Shown one piece after another: positions 22,101 through 29,549 of a stretch of 64,000 nt of DNA. Made by a program: the position numbers and the translations under genes. Position 1 is the stretch's first letter; every line of letters starts with the position of its first letter. The stretch is taken from IMG/VR virus record IMGVR_UViG_3300002835_000122, positions 12,349 through 76,348 of that record. One strand, 5' to 3'. Under the pieces are notes generated by a model, which saw only the letters and a program-made list of their open reading frames with translations, did not search any database and was not told where the DNA came from. This DNA comes from a virus. Lineage: Duplodnaviria; Caudoviricetes.

Positions 22101-24302
22101 ATCTTTAATATCTTTTATTAAAGGAGTCTCCAAAGTTCTTTCTATTCCAAATGAATTAAGAAGTTTATCCCATAGGCCGGAAGCTGTATCGTTTAATATT
22201 TTTTCTTGTTCACTTCTAAAGGAAGTGTTGTCTGGTAAGAATATTTTTGTCTGTGTCTCAGCCGGAGTAAATAAAGTTATATTACTTCCGTCTCTCCATT
22301 GTGAGATAATATTAGTTGATAACACATCATTTTCAAAAGAATTTTTTCTTTCGAATTCAAAATCTTCCTGCTGTTCCATTAAACCAGATACGTCTACACC
22401 TATATGTGTTCCATAGTCAATCACATCCACGTTAGCTGTGTCCGAAGGCTTATTGTCAGACGTCTTTAATAGGAAGCTTTCATTGACATATTTGTGCATT
22501 TCTCCAGCGGCTTTGCCCATATACTGACGATATTTACCCCAGTGTATCGCCTGATTAAAATCTTTTAACATCGGCAGGAATGGCTTGTGATTAAAGTGGA
22601 CCATTTCCAAATCAATGACTAAAGCAAATGGATAATTTGGAACTGTTGATACTGACATATTGGAAAGTCCAACAGCAGTAATTCCATGTATTGAGTTAAG
22701 GTATTGGTTTTTTATTGGTAATATTGGCGAGTACTTAAAGGCTGCAACCAAACCCCTGAGAGAAGAAAGAAATTTATCTATTTTTGCTTCATCATCTCCA
22801 CCATTTTTGAAGTTAATTGTAAAGCTTTCGTCTAGACTTATTGTTGCCGCGTTGTCTATTGACAAGCCCCATATCTCTTCATAGTTAGGAAAGAAGAGCC
22901 GCATAGAAATAATAGTTTCCTTATAACCTGCGTTAAACTTAGGAGTATTTTTTTGTCTAATAGCTCCACCAGTTAATGATCCTGTTTTGTAATTAGAATT
23001 AACACTAATTGAAATCGGAGGAACGTAGAAATTTGCCGCGCCTAATCGAAGATGAAACATATCTGGTTTTCTAGGTGGAATGTTTTCCCTAAAAGGAAAA
23101 TCTTCAATTGCTTTTTTAATTTGTTGTGCGGTATTTTTTATCTGAAAAGCCAAGGTAAATATTGGCCTATTATCTTTGGTGACTCCAAAAGCTCTTTCTA
23201 AAGATATAATTGCATCGGCTTCATTATTCAGTGTGTCTTCTGATCCACCACCTTGACCGTTATTGGAGTAGTCTCCGACTGCTGCTAGAGCATCAAAGAC
23301 AAAGGTAACTAGGCCTGGAAAATAAAAATTAATTATTGAAAATGATATTGGATCTTTTTGAAGATTATAAACTACTTCACTTAATAATGTTAACCACGGC
23401 GTATCTATTGCCGGATCAATATATTCATCTATTGATCTTTTAACTGTTGCAACACTCTGCAGTCTTTTTTTTGCAAAATTGCTCATTTCATACGCAAATG
23501 ATGCTAGATAAAGTAGTCCTGTAGACTCCAACTTTGAGTAAACGCTTTTTGTTGCATCTTCGTTTAAAGTTGCAACATCGTTGTTGCTATTAGTTGAAAG
23601 AACCCTTAGCGCCTTAATTCTAACTTCTTGACTTGCACTACCCCCTCTTGTGTATTCGAAGAATCCGTCTACTGCAGATTCTACATCCATACTGCTACTA
23701 GCTCTGAATATAAAATTACGAATATTTGCATAAGCTTGATCTTCACTGTAATTATCTTCTAATTCTTTTTCATCTTCAGAAGATCTAGATTGCTCAGCGT
23801 TAGATATTTCAATTAGAACTGTGTCATCAATATCTCTTCCATTTGCAGTGGTATTCCATAGTTGCAATCTGGATAATACTTTACCTGCTAAAAGCTTTGT
23901 GGTATTGGGATAATAGCCAGAGTATGCATAATTTGCAATGAAATGATAGATTACGGCATCTTCGCTGCCTAGATTCGGATTAGGAATGTTGATTGAATTT
24001 TCGACATAAGTATTGTATTCCGGTACGACGATTGATGTCTCCGTAGGTATTCCAAATATAAAAGTAGAAACGGCTATTCTATAGGCAACTAATGAATAGT
24101 TATCGTTTTCACCATACTCAAGAAGGTTTTTACCCTTATATTCATGTACAGCTAAACCACCTGGCGAACCATCATTAAAAAATCGAGATAATTTATCAGC
24201 ACTGGTGCTTGGATCCGATAGTAATTGTGTTACCTCTTCATATAAGCTAGGATGCTCAACAATGTATTTTAGTACATTTTTAGATATTGTATTAATTGCC
24301 AT
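13104..24302 (-). CDS. Giant baseplate hub fusion protein (3732 aa): tube-like domains, gp27/gpD-like hub, DPBB-like insert, C-terminal SNase-like domain
   Basis: Hub motifs RLKPGVRVHLRGGYGSN...LFNGVIT and GELTLIGNPDIRPHDLVYL...FEVEQVVHHF; C-terminal DGDT...VRFDGINTGE...DVFDRVLG...LNWELVANNLA. Confidence 0.75.
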   Translation of the reverse strand: MAINTISKNVLKYIVEHPSLYEEVTQLLSDPSTSADKLSRFFNDGSPGGLAVHEYKGKNLLEYGENDNYSLVAYRIAVSTFIFGIPTETSIVVPEYNTYVENSINIPNPNLGSEDAVIYHFIANYAYSGYYPNTTKLLAGKVLSRLQLWNTTANGRDIDDTVLIEISNAEQSRSSEDEKELEDNYSEDQAYANIRNFIFRASSSMDVESAVDGFFEYTRGGSASQEVRIKALRVLSTNSNNDVATLNEDATKSVYSKLESTGLLYLASFAYEMSNFAKKRLQSVATVKRSIDEYIDPAIDTPWLTLLSEVVYNLQKDPISFSIINFYFPGLVTFVFDALAAVGDYSNNGQGGGSEDTLNNEADAIISLERAFGVTKDNRPIFTLAFQIKNTAQQIKKAIEDFPFRENIPPRKPDMFHLRLGAANFYVPPISISVNSNYKTGSLTGGAIRQKNTPKFNAGYKETIISMRLFFPNYEEIWGLSIDNAATISLDESFTINFKNGGDDEAKIDKFLSSLRGLVAAFKYSPILPIKNQYLNSIHGITAVGLSNMSVSTVPNYPFALVIDLEMVHFNHKPFLPMLKDFNQAIHWGKYRQYMGKAAGEMHKYVNESFLLKTSDNKPSDTANVDVIDYGTHIGVDVSGLMEQQEDFEFERKNSFENDVLSTNIISQWRDGSNITLFTPAETQTKIFLPDNTSFRSEQEKILNDTASGLWDKLLNSFGIERTLETPLIKDIKDIASMATESNFPKSINNMAKGAIDILTAGISTTDQYKKVYLYLAQSFISNNNTRLDNEEKRWFLDYQEKIELRGVNGYFEQYPSTAESYFFDGILAQGSLNNIKKELHKRASSSGTILEKLIDEEFVRQTQSAGVEPDREKIAQQVTEAFQVNLYERFFTDGFIKNMMEATRLKDGDYQFNEWEVPMNRVDLDPKTAIVNGVSISMGNNLAKLQIQMQDEPSYQYIGGKDSYINISMTVFGEKELLKIRSVFDHTNALARLEHSTGVIGFLGIKNIITALCGIKYVLPLNYKVDTIPNFPHVYAVQLSLVDFDIFQQQREKMSSKQQTELIEHFGTKRNPFLRMKQLWGSFNAYPDLPLGVKNTEGDIVGNLDPDFYFRSFEMFDRDIINNTTIQIDLTKNFTFDSSDDFFKGSADAIEQKIESVKNTVRNFLRRYSVTNATNAAAVDARVQTNEDLINEIIDYVNQSGISPHNFVSIFQQVINEANADVSKSTLLTDYLFLASQSSEADPVFEEINGSPFVIGNVGVTNAATENMIKTILATSKLAEEESVSFDPDEVEFHKMIYLMPLANPEVNDPKEIPAIMYTVLGSHFGYINKDNGRFYLTADGTNVKIESDGAKKIESNYTKDMQTPDVGCDKSLTGISGAQPLSEYQKAYDGSFNNHMEKMLNDVQYRDISGRMLRAFPTYMLWLIDEGGMFAGVKLFDNFYGLQSVIDFSVVSSEDLLGDTLILRVSNMYSKLTTRPSTDIFNARNDDFNSDPLSYADGISAILDRTLNVAKNIVSGMRNDYVVDINNIRLKPGVRVHLRGGYGSNPNSLQTLFNGVITNVEEGEIVTVTAQSDAIELGAIVNSTNKKGDSGKIDGGVDTGMYLSEPRDLMVRLLSMGASRTREALARATNGTIFSENRFGIRHFGTMLYEPINEVEKQRADGLRNVVSNAYSNVGRGDLGGAANAATFKLSTNIFQRNPVSTFFGDGTIMTSMGQLMSNFCAEVDLELYKRNIYPGNGTGFAQFLGGDLDDGWSTASSLVEDDGKTLAGQRYLEAGTDRSWNRLITEAQNGSVSSSNTIDSIVEDNKLVSAEGRAGAVKNVLLGGLTAGIAAIPGVNAVAGLAGGGALMGLLRGRGGTNVFRTMGIISPNADDDLSGFDEVSFRAQTYMRTVWDLFQICARLLPNYIVAVRPFEDRSTIFYGKPHWLYTSGVVPVTTGFPSVKKANELDLPGYPKHRSADEDIQMVMDNVNRQANSLADYEAFKRSSELSDFMATLAKDQASSTGIYAPTKRLTGKLLNFNSQLATKRVSKDADGNNIILSQLPVSAGTVKMGFHLPIGGEKTYASITQEHKQIENIPPRFQYPYYTISEDTILDKKSYEVRDGGLFGEYLSDIGGNQASGTSNVVDLLGFGGWLSPLTPIAKIIDSAEDGDSNEARLSNMSKRQNLQERFSEAALKSFSTGGAALSANLIYFLQLEAEFLNEAKITIKPSSGNLELDRPLGFSSLLVTIDSGVSDLISLNKTVYSKMPLPSVYSQNIPTDFQTVNSVVASSGDNKDDFSFEYELSQPISYEEWGSPATKEEEMFYIAMRWPYKPDTVDASLEKFKQVYKFEDLYGSAADYKKRRVLVFSPLTGRAVVCAPAYFLWGEGDDDVDAVVSPDAAWYLGTFVSTIDDKIAADGSQLAESLPAWANILLHDRADTGNSLLEKIEAETGLSTFPRDVDCFFGFVPDDTPLGVVSSAAAPVKRFFNDADKNSYIIGFGNFAIDDNGDANKFTASKTSLDIGNMSQYPADAAERYLKNSDSSLEEYSATNSEVTSYSYEYGGNILASGDNPSYFQAIVDLNYDALDKGELYKRLDAELLTTGNEETGSGRVGFAPVYSAMDGISVEARSFYDENYDPNVSVIAGNGRTLSQAADIWDQFRFGYHTYDSVKAIFTRHYGLDADSTDPFPKEFKRILGASSNTPFQNFSQSTVSIPGLSATDGTGVDELAILLGSDFFNEPDTTTDLGSGVGFSGASSRIEAVEFIRKNYIDYESKGIRGDAGIIQYFNSVISRSLDGIRLNFFESKVINNALSISIENKEDPAAAIKLAEVINTPKQLFLLMVGLFRQKLWSTGYGRAWLVLKPDRKRGIITAGGGGEDGQWSFKPVDKVFEAFISPYSQYSKDESKFLKLLVSTKGEGSNSSTFIGGIDEDIGDFYSANIGPILGAIGDGLSSLLGMFKLSMMQMGYALSEVGNFSKQAHILNKVLNDSIYYSLGRPGSLLRAVDNPFTREYGEPVIEIRQPFQRIHYLSSFSHIISNQIQENLNNVSTVITAVSDGKNPVTVALDKGAPSERQTETTVETGLYYDNMIGSGFLGVLHPFMHPLETFRGYAKTLQGTPDELSARRIALSHLKESIKDIYGGELTLIGNPDIRPHDLVYLSDVYNRMYGIFEVEQVVHHFTSEMGYITTVTPNALVTVNDPSRWFMSSWLHSWLSMQNMRNDTRFYMDNIMASNTGINMGGNISVDALADSLSTQMIGGIQYTHGSSALMKDIMANQTALSLPDKARQEIESKGQGKASGTDTVMQVVGVSVARAVPIVGQLAWKGWTWLRDNVLDQHGCYVQYLNKNGQPMDAGLSYNQGMVVGRYHTKALLPGILGTRTKVKTADGNTFIRSDDLLKSLGWQETEIKDLVRYTDYENALTHARVLSLTGLGPEKANLQTSLFKVIVTVTTFKDGDTFDVEDVISGARFTVRFDGINTGETSLTKVGSIPNEPGADGTTISPISTPGGRAMLYTEAKIKNRVFVLRIKVTNRADTNVIFEAQFEPGATENRLQNYTKDVFDRVLGTVWYYQPESMINQIKDFVNQCFMLNRGKTIVTTDMDNPVTKEFFGKDFPGLGSLYKESPIFIKRSNIFDKIKSLDIQYAPPLSLSISALDDYGIPEQEFNRFYNDLVCFKVLEATYNKVDEWPTIFWDEYYEDGHPVSLNWELVANNLATVYTKQLLIESQSVISAEESALIPKQVTLNPGT

Positions 24303-24311
24303 TGTACTTTC

Positions 24312-24761
24312 CTATTTAAACATCATATTGTTACGAATAATAGTTCTAAGTCTATCACTTGAAGAGTCTTTCATTGTAACAGAAGTATAGTTATCTATTA
24401 TACTAGACTTTGTTTCTGTTTTGAATGAATCTAGAGTAAAATTTTGTTTTTTTGTTTGCAGGTCCTTATTGTACCTAGCTTGCTGATGTCTTTTTCCGCT
24501 ATATCCACTACCATTCATCTGGATATGCGCACTTGGGGCATTGTCTAGTCCCTCTTTGGAATATTTGATTTTGTCAGATTTCCCTGATGCCTGCATTTTT
24601 TGACGCGATTCACCAATCACATTTTGCGATGGGGTTTTGCTTGAGACTATCTTTGCTGCGTATTTGCTTGCCGTTAAGGATCTATGGGACGTATCTTTAG
24701 GCTGTTTGGCAGCAGCGCTTAGGGCTTTATTTTGGTCCTTGACATTTAAAATCATATACAT
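24312..24761 (-). CDS. Small basic hypothetical protein (149 aa)
   Basis: Fills the gap between two large genes on the coding strand; K/S/Q-rich. Confidence 0.6.
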   Translation of the reverse strand: MYMILNVKDQNKALSAAAKQPKDTSHRSLTASKYAAKIVSSKTPSQNVIGESRQKMQASGKSDKIKYSKEGLDNAPSAHIQMNGSGYSGKRHQQARYNKDLQTKKQNFTLDSFKTETKSSIIDNYTSVTMKDSSSDRLRTIIRNNMMFK

Positions 24762-24767
24762 TCAACC

Positions 24768-27700
24768 TTAATAAGATCGGGCCATCGATTGATATGGGTC
24801 TCTTGCCACATCCGGGATTCTATTATACATAGTACTGTTAATGTTCCCATTAGTGAGTCCTGATGCTGCTGCACTAAATTTTTGTATTTGATCTCTATCG
24901 CCAAATAAGGAAACCTTATAATTCATGCCCGCAGTAAAACCTTGACCTCTTGCCTGCGGAATTTCTGACAATCTTTTTGGATAGTCAGACTCATAGGCTG
25001 ATCCTCCTGGCAAAAGCGGTGGACCGGACATGGCTTCCTGCGTATGATCTTTTTTGTTTTGATATAAAAAGCTAGCTGCTACAGCTATTCCAGTAGCTAT
25101 CGCTGCATTGCGAACTCCGGGTTTAGCAAACTGCTCTGCTAGATATTGTTTGTTCATTCTTTTGTACATTGATTCCGAGGCAGTTGATTTCTTTACTTTT
25201 GACAGATCTCTGAGAGTATCTGCAACAACTCCAGGAGTTGTTTCTGTTATATCATCTGCGGATTTAAGAATATTACTTGAAGCTAAATCTCCGTTTAAAA
25301 AGGCTGCAGCTTCCTTATCCAGCTGTGCATTTACTTCAAATATAGTTTTATTTTTTAACGCTCTAGCTATTTGCTGCTCGTCCATAGAGCCTGGTCCTTG
25401 ATCAACTTTACCTTTTATAAGTGATGAAATAACGGAAGAATTATTGTCTGTTCCAAAAAAGCCATCTGCAAAATCTAGGTCCAATACATCTTCCATAATA
25501 CCTGCTTTTTGGGCGTTGGACAATCGATTTTGAGTAAAAATATCATCAATATATTGTCTTAGTTGAAGGTTCTTAGTTGACTTTTCGTATGTAGCCTTTT
25601 GTTCTGACATTTTCATATATCTACTAAGGAGATTAAGGCTTTCATTGTCTATATTTGTTGATGCGTCTGGAAGTTTTGTAAAAAACTCTGGAGCTATTTT
25701 TCTTTTTAATCCGCCATATTGAAGGGCGCTAGTCATTTCGTACCCAGATATGCCCATTGATTTTTGAACTTGTTGAAGATTCTCTAGTAAATTAGTTCCC
25801 AATTCTACTTTTCTTATTTCTAATGCTACTCTCGATGCCTCTGGAGCGAAGCCACTTTCTATCTCGTCAGCTAAACTTTGCACTGCTTTTATTCCTGCTT
25901 GATTTTCGTCTAATATTTTTTCTGCTGCAATTCGTGATCTTTCACTTGTTCTAGATATCAGTTCTTGTTCTTGGGTGATCTGGGCATTTCGCCCTAGTCT
26001 CGCCATTGCTTCTAAATAATAGTTTGAAGTATTAGCTACATCTATTATTTTAGAAAGAGAACCTTTGGCTATAATTCCTCTAGCTCTTAGGACTTCTTCT
26101 ATCTTCTCATATTGCTTAGATGTTACGGCTTCATTAATATCGGTCAAGTCTGCAGTGTTATCTGCTTCAAACATTCCTGCTGATAGCTCTTCTGCGAAAT
26201 TTATAAGATCATTTTGATTCATTTTTCCACTAACTAAGAGGGCTTCATCTAGTATGAGTTCAGCGCCGTGTTTTTGTTTTAAATAGCCAAACATTTTTCC
26301 ATACTGTTTTATTGTTTTGTCGCCAAAATCATTTAGGTTAGTTTCTTTTCCATACAATTCTTCTAGTACTTTTGCCCCTAAGTTTGGATCCATGTTCGCA
26401 AGCTTGGTAGTTTCTTGCAGTAGCATTCGTCCAGATGTAAAAGTTTGTGTCATGTCAATGACGGTTTCAGCTGGAGTAAAAGCTAACATTAGCTTCTTAC
26501 TTATTAGGTCTTGTTGTATGCCAGGAATTGTCCCTAGTATATCTTCCATCTGCCTAAGGCCATGTCCGACCACAGTAGCTCTATTAATGTACTGTCCAAG
26601 GATATTTGTATTTTCTATTGCTGAGTCAATGCTTTTACTTATGAAGGTCTTTCCTAGTGCAGATTGCAGTTGCTCCGGGCTAATCTTTAATGCATTGACT
26701 GTATCGTAAAACTTTTTTGATAGGTCTTTTATCTGATCTTGAGATATAGAGCTTCCGCTTCTTAATCTGTTTAATTCTTTTGTCATTTGTTGAAGTTGAC
26801 TTTTTTGCGATCCACTTATTATGCCCTCTAGGCCTGATAAGACTTCTTCTTCGAGTGGCATTTCTGCCACTTTTGCCACTAGCCTCTGGAACCCAAGTGA
26901 CATTAGTCCTGGATCTTGGTCACCTAAAGCGATTAATTTTGTTGCAGAAAGATTCTCTATTCTATTTTCGCCTGATTTTAATACTCCCAGTTTTTGAAAA
27001 AAGTTTCTATTGAAATCTCGCATGATTCCGCCGCTTAATCGATCATTAACATCAATGGTCAGTTGTTCTAGTCTATCCATCATCTTTTCATTAAAGAAAT
27101 CGTCTGACATGCCCATCTTATGAGTTAATGGGTTGATTCCTTGAAGCGAAGTGGATAACAGTTTGTATTTCTCATCTTCTTTAGCCATCTCATTTAAAGT
27201 CTTCATAAAGAATCTATTGCCACCAAATATTTCACGATAGCTTTCTATATCTTCAAATCTAGTAAGGCCGATAACTTCACCCATTGAAGTAGGTTGACGT
27301 ACCATAGCGGCACCTAGTCTGCGCTTACCTTCGGACATATATGTACCCAATATGGGCAATCCCTTATCGTCTAAGTCGAAACCACCAAGTGCGTGATAGA
27401 ACTTTCTAATATCATTTTCGTGGAATAAAATATTGTGATTAGAAACTCTAAACTTTACGATATCGGCAGAGATTTCATCACCAGCTTCACCTATTTTTAC
27501 ACCCATCATTGGCTTTCCTGACAATATCCTTGTTCTGTCGATATCAATTGACTTTCCTGATAGCGTCTTTCTTCCGGTGGTTCCAGTCATTGCATTTGCT
27601 TCCGAGTTAAGAGCAAATCTGTACACATCACCAACCACTGGAAGTCTTTGTCCATTTTTTGTCTTATACAACTCAGCTTCATAGTATTTTTTTAATAGGT

Positions 27701-29549
27701 TTAAATATTCTGGAGAATCATTAATGCTTATGCCACTTCTATGTAGATCTAAAATTCTTTGCGCAAAGTCTCTGTTTAACATTTTTGAAAATTGTTGAGG
27801 TTCCGTAAAGTGTTCTATGTCTTGTTGTGCTAGCTGCTTGATTCCTTCCAAAACCTTGCTGTCATCCGTCAATCGACCAGTTTCCAATATACCCCTAAAC
27901 TCGTTAAGCACATTATCTCGATAGGCTTGAGCCAGTTTCATATCTTCTGTGTTTCCAAATATTGCATCATGGAAAGCGGCGAGCATTGGGTCCATGTATA
28001 CTCTAGAGGTGGATTCAGCTAATCCGCTTAGATTTAAGACAGGAGTACCAGCTGCTATTCCTGTGTCTTTCTTTAGTCCACTAATTGATGTTATGATTGC
28101 ATATTTATCAAATCTTTTTGAAAAATTCTGAAATTGAGCCGCTGACTTTCCGGAATAGTTTGTTCCCCCAATTTCCACAGAACTTCTAACCGTAACCTGA
28201 GATAAACCTATAGCCTCTCCGTCTTTTCCTATCTTTAGCTCAGACAACTGCCTTCTTAATTCAACTTTACGAATCATTGACGCTTCATCTCTACTATTAT
28301 CTAGGCTCTCCAATTCTTTTTTTATGGCTAGCCTAAGATTCGCTCCATGCCTTATGTTTATTAGAGATGAACCATCTCGACCTTTTTCTAATTCATCCAG
28401 TAGGCTCTTAATGACTTCTTGTGTATTACCATCATATTTTTCTGAATTCTTTAAGAACTCTTTCATTTTACTAGTGCCGAATACTCCCTCGGCTGCGTCT
28501 AAGTTTCCATCTCTAATAGTCTCCGTCACAAGATCTCTTAATGAATTATTTATTTTATTAAAATCTAAACCTGACATACTTTTTTTACGTGATTCAATTA
28601 TTTCCTTTAATACTTCATCAACATAACTTTTTGCTTCTTCAACTGCTGTTCCGCCACCCTTATACTGAAAAGATTCTTTCATAAATGCTCTTACGTCAAA
28701 TTGTTTTGTTCCATCGGCAAAGTTCTTAGCGGTGTCCTGATCAAAACCTAAGGCTATTGTCTCAAAAACACTGTCCATAGCAAGAGTTGCTTGTGAGAAT
28801 TCTTTGGCTATATCTGCAGACGCAGTAGACATAGGCTTACCCAGGAAAGACTTCATAAGGTCTCCGGCTATGGAAATATCTCTTGTAGAAAGAATGCCCT
28901 TTAATCTTTTTGGAAGCTTTGCAAACAGTTTAGATAGCCCTGCATTTCCGCCTCTCAATGCCTCTTCTAGTTCGTCTGGAGTGAATAGAGGTCTTCCGCC
29001 TTTGGACATTGCTTCTAGGGTTTCCTCCATTGATAATATTCGATCACCCTGGCGAAGACTAAGTGCCATTCCACCCTCATCAGTAGGAAATATTAATCCA
29101 GCGTTTTGATTTTTCATGTCCTGAAGGAATTTTCCAATACTTGTAGAGCCAGCTTCTGCTTTATGAATTTTGATTTGAGCACCGTATTGCTGATCTCCAG
29201 TCAACTTTAGTGCTTCATTAATATCCATGAGCACCTGCCCGTAACCCCTGTACGTGGAAGGGCCAAGAGTTCCTGGCTCAATGTTTACCATTTCGGTCAA
29301 TCCAAAGCTAGATACATACTCCGCAACCTTTTCTATTGAATCGGATATGAACTGTGCTGATTGGCCTGCCTTTAGCCTTAGGGGGTCAAAGTAGGTTGAT
29401 TTAAATTTTAACTTTCCGTCAACATTAACAACTTCTATCAATCCCTTTTGGCCAAGATAGCTTTTACTTAAAGCCTGTTTGGCTAAAAGTAATTGTCTCT
29501 CCATTGGCATGGGAGATAGGTACGACTGAATATAATCAGATACAGACAT
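24768..29549 (-). CDS. Putative virion-associated two-barrel RNA polymerase-like protein (1593 aa)
   Basis: RDGSSLI (aa ~391), VTVR...GK...IITSISGLK, GGFDLDD (aa 722-728), RQPTSMGE (aa 751); start overlaps the stop of the tape-measure-like gene; hydrophobic C-terminal segment. ORF certain, function inferred. Confidence 0.55.
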   Translation of the reverse strand: MSVSDYIQSYLSPMPMERQLLLAKQALSKSYLGQKGLIEVVNVDGKLKFKSTYFDPLRLKAGQSAQFISDSIEKVAEYVSSFGLTEMVNIEPGTLGPSTYRGYGQVLMDINEALKLTGDQQYGAQIKIHKAEAGSTSIGKFLQDMKNQNAGLIFPTDEGGMALSLRQGDRILSMEETLEAMSKGGRPLFTPDELEEALRGGNAGLSKLFAKLPKRLKGILSTRDISIAGDLMKSFLGKPMSTASADIAKEFSQATLAMDSVFETIALGFDQDTAKNFADGTKQFDVRAFMKESFQYKGGGTAVEEAKSYVDEVLKEIIESRKKSMSGLDFNKINNSLRDLVTETIRDGNLDAAEGVFGTSKMKEFLKNSEKYDGNTQEVIKSLLDELEKGRDGSSLINIRHGANLRLAIKKELESLDNSRDEASMIRKVELRRQLSELKIGKDGEAIGLSQVTVRSSVEIGGTNYSGKSAAQFQNFSKRFDKYAIITSISGLKKDTGIAAGTPVLNLSGLAESTSRVYMDPMLAAFHDAIFGNTEDMKLAQAYRDNVLNEFRGILETGRLTDDSKVLEGIKQLAQQDIEHFTEPQQFSKMLNRDFAQRILDLHRSGISINDSPEYLNLLKKYYEAELYKTKNGQRLPVVGDVYRFALNSEANAMTGTTGRKTLSGKSIDIDRTRILSGKPMMGVKIGEAGDEISADIVKFRVSNHNILFHENDIRKFYHALGGFDLDDKGLPILGTYMSEGKRRLGAAMVRQPTSMGEVIGLTRFEDIESYREIFGGNRFFMKTLNEMAKEDEKYKLLSTSLQGINPLTHKMGMSDDFFNEKMMDRLEQLTIDVNDRLSGGIMRDFNRNFFQKLGVLKSGENRIENLSATKLIALGDQDPGLMSLGFQRLVAKVAEMPLEEEVLSGLEGIISGSQKSQLQQMTKELNRLRSGSSISQDQIKDLSKKFYDTVNALKISPEQLQSALGKTFISKSIDSAIENTNILGQYINRATVVGHGLRQMEDILGTIPGIQQDLISKKLMLAFTPAETVIDMTQTFTSGRMLLQETTKLANMDPNLGAKVLEELYGKETNLNDFGDKTIKQYGKMFGYLKQKHGAELILDEALLVSGKMNQNDLINFAEELSAGMFEADNTADLTDINEAVTSKQYEKIEEVLRARGIIAKGSLSKIIDVANTSNYYLEAMARLGRNAQITQEQELISRTSERSRIAAEKILDENQAGIKAVQSLADEIESGFAPEASRVALEIRKVELGTNLLENLQQVQKSMGISGYEMTSALQYGGLKRKIAPEFFTKLPDASTNIDNESLNLLSRYMKMSEQKATYEKSTKNLQLRQYIDDIFTQNRLSNAQKAGIMEDVLDLDFADGFFGTDNNSSVISSLIKGKVDQGPGSMDEQQIARALKNKTIFEVNAQLDKEAAAFLNGDLASSNILKSADDITETTPGVVADTLRDLSKVKKSTASESMYKRMNKQYLAEQFAKPGVRNAAIATGIAVAASFLYQNKKDHTQEAMSGPPLLPGGSAYESDYPKRLSEIPQARGQGFTAGMNYKVSLFGDRDQIQKFSAAASGLTNGNINSTMYNRIPDVARDPYQSMARSY

